A stretch of DNA of 53,955 nt, counting the filler, from an uncultured Acidimicrobiales bacterium (GTDB lineage Bacteria > Actinomycetota > Acidimicrobiia > Acidimicrobiales > UBA10347): NCBI GenBank assembly GCA_943788915.1. It is 3 parts of 3 records of this genome, joined end to end, with 100 filler letters (N's around TTAATTAATTAA, not from the genome) between each part and the next. Parts side by side here need not be neighbours in the genome. Positions count along the whole stretch, not along the records: positions 38,808 to 53,955 come from CALSSD010000018.1; 2 more parts are not named here. One strand, given 5' to 3'. Position numbers and translations under genes: made by a program. Numbering within the stretch: the first letter of the stretch is position 1; each line of letters starts with the position of its first letter. Below the pieces are notes generated by a model. The model was not told where the DNA came from. It saw only the letters and a list, made by a program, of their open reading frames with translations, and searched no databases. Shown piece by piece: positions 49,184 through 53,955 of this stretch.

Positions 49184-50103
49184 TGGTCGGGCACCGGGAT
49201 AGGGGAAATGAACTCGGCTGGTTTCACTGCGATTACGGAGCACCTGACGTGGTCGAGGATCTGTTCAGCGGTGTTACCCATCACCTTGCCAGCGATTCCA
49301 GAGCGCCCGACTGTTCCCATCACGATCATGTTGATTCGCTCCTTTGTGACGAGGTTAGGGATGACGACACCAGGACTCCCCTGAAGGAGATGGATCTTCC
49401 AGCGAGGGTGATCAATTGTGGTGGATTGCAGCAACTCATTGAGCGCGGCTTCACGATGTTGGCCTTCCTTTTCACGTAACTCATCGACTTCCTCGGGTGG
49501 TATGCGTAGAAAGGCGGAATGACGCATTGTCGTCTCGCCGTACAACTCCCAGGCGTGCACGACATGGAGTTCGCATGCATCGACTTCGGCCAGCGAAGCT
49601 GCCAGCTCGAGCACCGTGGTGTTCAGATCAAGCTCGGTCGGGTCGGGGTTGACAGCTGCCAGAATCCGTTGGGTGCGGGCTCGGGTCGGTCGAAGGACCC
49701 ATACCGGGCATGGGCACCTACGCAGCAGTCGTTTCAACGCCCCAGGATGGTCGTCGTTCTGATCGGTGGTGACAACCACGAGATCGTGGTGGGAGAGAAG
49801 CACCTGTTCGACAATGCTTTGGGCCGGGTCGCCAACCACAACGATTGTCTCAACATCACTTTGGTCTGTTGTCGTGCGGTAGCGGGTGAGTCGTTTGTGG
49901 AGCGCGGCCCCTTCTGCTTCGATCAGGTTCTGTTCAAATTCTGCGTTGTGAAGGAGCCGCTGGAGGCGAGTTGGCGCGGCGACAGCCCCAAACATGGCGA
50001 GGTTCGCCTGATTGTGATCCGCAAGCGCTGCGACTCGACGTAGTGCAGCGGCGTTGTCCTTGTGGCCCAAGGGGCAGAACAGGATCTTCTTGAAGCGTCG
50101 CAT
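49180..50103 (-). CDS. Universal stress protein (tandem USP, UspE-like)
   Basis: FKKIL, HDLVV, LLR.CPCPVW, ILAAV.P, LHVVHAW and VMGTVGRSGI.G..MGNTAE.IL....CSV.AVKP motifs. Confidence 0.92.
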   Translation of the reverse strand: MRRFKKILFCPLGHKDNAAALRRVAALADHNQANLAMFGAVAAPTRLQRLLHNAEFEQNLIEAEGAALHKRLTRYRTTTDQSDVETIVVVGDPAQSIVEQVLLSHHDLVVVTTDQNDDHPGALKRLLRRCPCPVWVLRPTRARTQRILAAVNPDPTELDLNTTVLELAASLAEVDACELHVVHAWELYGETTMRHSAFLRIPPEEVDELREKEGQHREAALNELLQSTTIDHPRWKIHLLQGSPGVVIPNLVTKERINMIVMGTVGRSGIAGKVMGNTAEQILDHVRCSVIAVKPAEFISPIPVPDQ

Positions 50104-50329
50104 TTCCAGTGCCAGTCCTTGTGAGCTGAGTACAGAGCATCACGAGCCATCGACTCCTTGAACCTGTTCTGGTTGAGAACACTACGTACGTCAGGTTGAC
50201 GAAGTTAGGGGCGAAAGTCCTGCCCCGGCACTGTCGTCACATCGAACACATGACCAACGGGCACGAGTGCTCGTGGCTGGCTCACCCGTCTCATCGTGCG
50301 TGAACACCGGTCGGAGTGGCGTCGTTCTC

Positions 50330-51277
50330 TTAGGAGACCAGTGCCCTAGCCAACATTGCAGCGCCCAGAGCAGCAGATCGTGAACCCATCTCTGCAAGTA
50401 CAACCGGCACATGGGGACGAAATGAGCCACCGAGTGTGGTCTTGTCGACCCAGTGCTGCACCCGAGTCCGGAGTGGTTCGCCGATATCGACGAGCCCGCC
50501 GCCAAGCACGATACGTGCGGGATCAAGGACGTACATGAGGTTGGTCATGCCAACGGCGACATCGGATGCGAAGACATCAAGCAGGGCATGTGCGTCGGGG
50601 TCATCGTTCGCAAGCGCACCGCTTACGTGTTCGCCCCGGATTGCGTCGGCTGACCCTGCGGCCGCCATCACGGCAGGCAGGCGACCGGCTACCGCCCATT
50701 CACGAGCGAGTGCGCCAAGGCCACTGCCAGATGCATACATTTCCCAGGGGCCTCTGACACCGCTGATGTGGGTCCCGCCATGGCGATCGATCACAATGTG
50801 ACCCGATTCGCCGGCAAAACCATGGGCACCGCGATAGATACGGCCATCGAGTACGAACCCGGTGCCGATCCCTGTACCAAGTGCCACGTAAAGCAGGTCG
50901 TCGACCCCCCGACCAGCGCCAAGCTGGTGTTCTGCCCAGGTGGCAGCCGTAGCGTCGTTGTCGACGACCGTGGGAAGGTCGACACAACCGGCCAGCAGAT
51001 CGCGGAGTGGAAAATCGACAAGTTCAGGGATATTTGGCGAGAACTGGACGGAACCGGAACGACTGATAGCTCCGGCAATACCGATACCGACCGCTGACAC
51101 AGCAACGCCGGCGTCGGCCTGCACCTCAGAGACGAGCGAACACAATTGGTCGACCGTCTCTTCGGGGCCGTGTGGCCGTAGCTCTCGACGTTCGTGCACG
51201 ATCTCACCGTGGTCGGACACGACGAGAGCGAGTGTCTTTGTGCCACCGATGTCAAAACCAGCGAAATAGTCAGTCAC
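50330..51277 (-). CDS. ROK family sugar kinase (glucokinase-like)
   Basis: [17 protein letters not shown]...GAG, LGTGIG.G, RG..GFAGE.GH, W.MYASG.GL and LGGG motifs. Confidence 0.9.
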   Translation of the reverse strand: MTDYFAGFDIGGTKTLALVVSDHGEIVHERRELRPHGPEETVDQLCSLVSEVQADAGVAVSAVGIGIAGAISRSGSVQFSPNIPELVDFPLRDLLAGCVDLPTVVDNDATAATWAEHQLGAGRGVDDLLYVALGTGIGTGFVLDGRIYRGAHGFAGESGHIVIDRHGGTHISGVRGPWEMYASGSGLGALAREWAVAGRLPAVMAAAGSADAIRGEHVSGALANDDPDAHALLDVFASDVAVGMTNLMYVLDPARIVLGGGLVDIGEPLRTRVQHWVDKTTLGGSFRPHVPVVLAEMGSRSAALGAAMLARALVS

Positions 51278-51420
51278 CTATCTCTCCCCTCGGTGTCATG
51301 CGGACCGGTGTACGTTATTGCACTCGGCCTGAAATTGGAACGATCACCACTGATTCGATCAAATGTAGGCGTTCGGGACCCTGCAGACTGTTAGCGAGGC
51401 CTAGTCGCTACTCTCTCGCG

Positions 51421-52365
51421 GTGACTCTTCCTTCAACCGACCGGGTGTGTGTTGTCCACGCCGATCGGGTTGGGACACTGCGTTGCAGCTCGTGTGGTCA
51501 AGGGATCTGCCCGCAATGCACCCATCGGAGCGCTACCGGCCCACTGTGCCCTCTCTGTGTGCGCTTGCAATCAGGGCCAGCGCATCTACCGCCGCCGAGG
51601 CCAGCCACACAGCAGAGGGACGCTTCCAAGCCAGCGATTGCAGCGAAAAGAGCACATCTTCCCGTAGTGACCACGCTGATCATCGCCGTGTGTGCCTCGA
51701 TCTTCTTCTATGACACCGGAGTCGATGGCTCGTGGGTCTTGGGGACCGGTGACCAGCGAGTGGGCGGCGTCCTGACCTCGGGACTAGGCGACCTCACCCT
51801 GTACCGCCCGAGTTTGGCGTTCGAGGGAGAGTGGTACCGCGTCTTCACCTCCGGCTTTATCCACTTCAGCATTGCCCATCTCGGCATGAACATGTTGGTG
51901 TTGTGGCAGCTCGGCCGACTGATCGAAGGGGTGTTCGGTGCGCTCACCTTTGCAGCTCTGTTCTTCTCTGGTGTGCTCGGCGGATCACTAGGAGCTCTTC
52001 TCATCGAGCCTGAAAGCCAGGTGGGCGGGGCAAGCGGTGCCGTGTTTGCACTGATGGGAGCGACCGCTGTACTCCAGATGCTCAACGGCCGCAACGTCTT
52101 AAAAACCGGCGTTGGCCCTCTGATTCTTATCAACGTCGCGCTCAGCTTCCTGCCGTTTGTGTCCCTCGGAGGCCACATGGGTGGACTTGCCGTCGGCATG
52201 GTGGGCGGTCTCGTTGTGGGTATGGCACGTCGCAGTGGGCAAGCAGCGTTAGGTCTTGCGCCGATCTTCGTGGCGGTACTTAGTTTTGCGGTGTTTGCAG
52301 CGATCGTCTCTGTGGTCGCGCCAGCATCGCTCATCTTCGGCCGTCACGGGTTCAGGTTGTGCTAG
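51421..52365 (+). CDS. Rhomboid intramembrane serine protease with an N-terminal B-box-like zinc finger
   Basis: C..H......C..C...IC..C......CP.C finger; WYR.FTS.F.H....HL..NM, GASGAVF and GH.GGL motifs. TACTCT -10 lies 6 nt before GTG 51421. Confidence 0.9.
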   Translation: MTLPSTDRVCVVHADRVGTLRCSSCGQGICPQCTHRSATGPLCPLCVRLQSGPAHLPPPRPATQQRDASKPAIAAKRAHLPVVTTLIIAVCASIFFYDTGVDGSWVLGTGDQRVGGVLTSGLGDLTLYRPSLAFEGEWYRVFTSGFIHFSIAHLGMNMLVLWQLGRLIEGVFGALTFAALFFSGVLGGSLGALLIEPESQVGGASGAVFALMGATAVLQMLNGRNVLKTGVGPLILINVALSFLPFVSLGGHMGGLAVGMVGGLVVGMARRSGQAALGLAPIFVAVLSFAVFAAIVSVVAPASLIFGRHGFRLC

Positions 52366-52415
52366 CTCGCGGATCTCAACGGCTTCTTTGCAAGTGATTA
52401 GGAGCTCGCACCGTG

Positions 52416-53435
52416 CTACCGCGGTTCGCTAAGGACGATGAGCCAATCGTCGGCCCGAAGCTCGGTAGTAGCCACGTCGCAGGCGATCACACGTTTGCCA
52501 TCGCGGATAACAGCCACGATGGTTGTCCCGTCGGGAGCTTGCAGACCACCCGCTCCAGCTACCGGAGCGACTTCGAGTAGGTCTAGGCCTGTGCCTGAGT
52601 CGAGCAGGTCATTGACCACTTGGACGGCGCCCGGTGTAGTGGTCGCCAGGCCGATCATGCGTCCAACAGCTGCGGTAGCGTCGATGACTTCATTGGCGCC
52701 GCCCTGTCGAAGCAGATGAAGGTTCTCCTGTTCGCGTCCGCCCGCAACAATATTGGCAGTTGGGTTGAGCTCTCGGACGGTAAGCGTGATCAGTACTGCG
52801 GTGTCGTCACGGTTCGGTGCCACTATGACCGAACGGGCACGGTCAACACAGGCGTCTTGCAGGACGGCCTTTCGGGTGGCGTCGCCAGTGACCGTCACGA
52901 AACCAGCTCGTTCTGCCGCCTCGATCGCGACTCGATCGCTGTCGACAATGACCACACCGCGAGCTTGTTCGCCCCGCTTGAGTAGCTCAGCAGCAGCGGC
53001 CTGGCCGGTAGCCCCGTAGCCGCAAATGAGTATGTGATCGTGCACTTTGCGCCTCCAACGACGTGATGCGAGAAACTCGCGAGATTGATCGGTCAGTACC
53101 TCGACTGTCGTCCCGACCACAAGGATCAGGAACACGATACGAGCGGGTGTAATGAGCAGGATCGTGGCCAGGCGGGCCGAACTGGTGACAGCGGTGATGT
53201 CGCCGTACCCCGTGGTGGTGACGGTCACCGACGCGTAATAAAGCGCGTCCATAAAACTGACCTGGTCGCCGGTGGCGGAATCGACGTACCCGTCGCCATT
53301 CATCCAAGCGACCATGGCTACGAAGAACACCAGCAGGACTGCAAGACCAACGCGGCGCACCACTGCGGCCAGTGGCGCCCTCTGACGGCGAGGAACGCGA
53401 ATGAGGTTCGTGGCGGAGGCTAGCCGTGCGGACAC
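52416..53435 (-). CDS. Potassium channel (2TM pore plus RCK/TrkA-N domain)
   Basis: DALYY..VT.TTTGYGDI selectivity filter, ICGYG..G and GDAT....L..A....A motifs. Start uncertain (53393-53486). Confidence 0.9.
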   Translation of the reverse strand: MSARLASATNLIRVPRRQRAPLAAVVRRVGLAVLLVFFVAMVAWMNGDGYVDSATGDQVSFMDALYYASVTVTTTGYGDITAVTSSARLATILLITPARIVFLILVVGTTVEVLTDQSREFLASRRWRRKVHDHILICGYGATGQAAAAELLKRGEQARGVVIVDSDRVAIEAAERAGFVTVTGDATRKAVLQDACVDRARSVIVAPNRDDTAVLITLTVRELNPTANIVAGGREQENLHLLRQGGANEVIDATAAVGRMIGLATTTPGAVQVVNDLLDSGTGLDLLEVAPVAGAGGLQAPDGTTIVAVIRDGKRVIACDVATTELRADDWLIVLSEPR

Positions 53436-53955
53436 GGCCCTATACAAGCACAGCCGCCACCACGACACGTGACTCAAAGGGGCCATCTCTCCCAGCCACG
53501 CAAAACGTCAGAGGGCCGAGCCCCATGGCTCGACCCTCTGTAATTATCTACCCTCTGTTAGCGACGAACCCTGGCCCTGGGGACATGTGTGCACGCCAAA
53601 TTCGACGGAGTACTCCTTTGCGTCGCCTTCCAACGCTGCGAAACAACTGCTCCCGCTTATGACATAGTGGGGTCGTCACAAGCGACCAGGCACGCCCGTT
53701 TCCTAAGGTCTCGGCAGCACCTCGGGCGTAGTTTCGGTGTCGGGCCAGCATAGGCCGGTGGTCAGCACCACGTAGCCGGTGCGGCAAGGCGGCGTGCCAT
53801 AATAAGCATATACCTGTGTCGATTCTGGTGATGGTCCCGCAGTCGGCGTTACGGTCACGCCAGGAATTGGGTAACACAGGCCGTCCTCCCACAGGAAAAA
53901 ACCAGGCTGACACGTGTCGTTGGCGCCAGTTCCGACTGCGGTCGGTACGACGGTT

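Noticed and set aside
53600..53660. GACGCAAAG (minus strand) upstream of the K+ channel, as a c-di-GMP-I or c-di-AMP riboswitch
   Set aside because: The flanking conserved elements (GGCAAAC..GAAA stem, second hairpin, ydaO motifs) are absent, so a 9-nt match alone is not enough

Overview
High-GC bacterial DNA with a gene content and leaderless TANNNT promoters typical of Actinomycetota, most likely Acidimicrobiia (inference). The window is three contigs (1-24810, 24911-38707, 38808-53955) joined by artificial 100-nt N/TTAATTAATTAA linkers. Most genes are catabolic, redox or transport: an MttB-family methyltransferase, PhyH and TauD dioxygenases, two LLM oxidoreductases, two amidohydrolases, acyl-CoA dehydrogenase, a fused IorAB oxidoreductase, MFS and ABC transporters, a biotin-domain carboxyltransferase and a myo-inositol (iol) operon. 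There is also a protease/DUF6777/Ser-Thr kinase region. The main result is that two ORF-track entries (6957-7370 and 5520-6938, minus strand) are one 582-aa selenoprotein read through an in-frame TGA in a C-U-G-S-C motif. A SECIS-like hairpin follows the TGA, and the gene heads a UGSC/amidohydrolase/phosphotransferase/SixA cluster opposite an Lrp regulator. Other notable features: a leaderless Met-Lys-Asn-stop uORF attenuator upstream of an ABC-F gene, a GTAG-type REP-like family sitting at stop codons, odd-centre palindromes, an internally deleted alpha-glucosidase, and a stand-alone LacD-type aldolase in the iol operon. Many frameshifts look like strain-consensus assembly artefacts rather than true pseudogenes. 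I found no rRNA, tRNA, transposase or CRISPR array. Family names come from motif recognition, not database searches.
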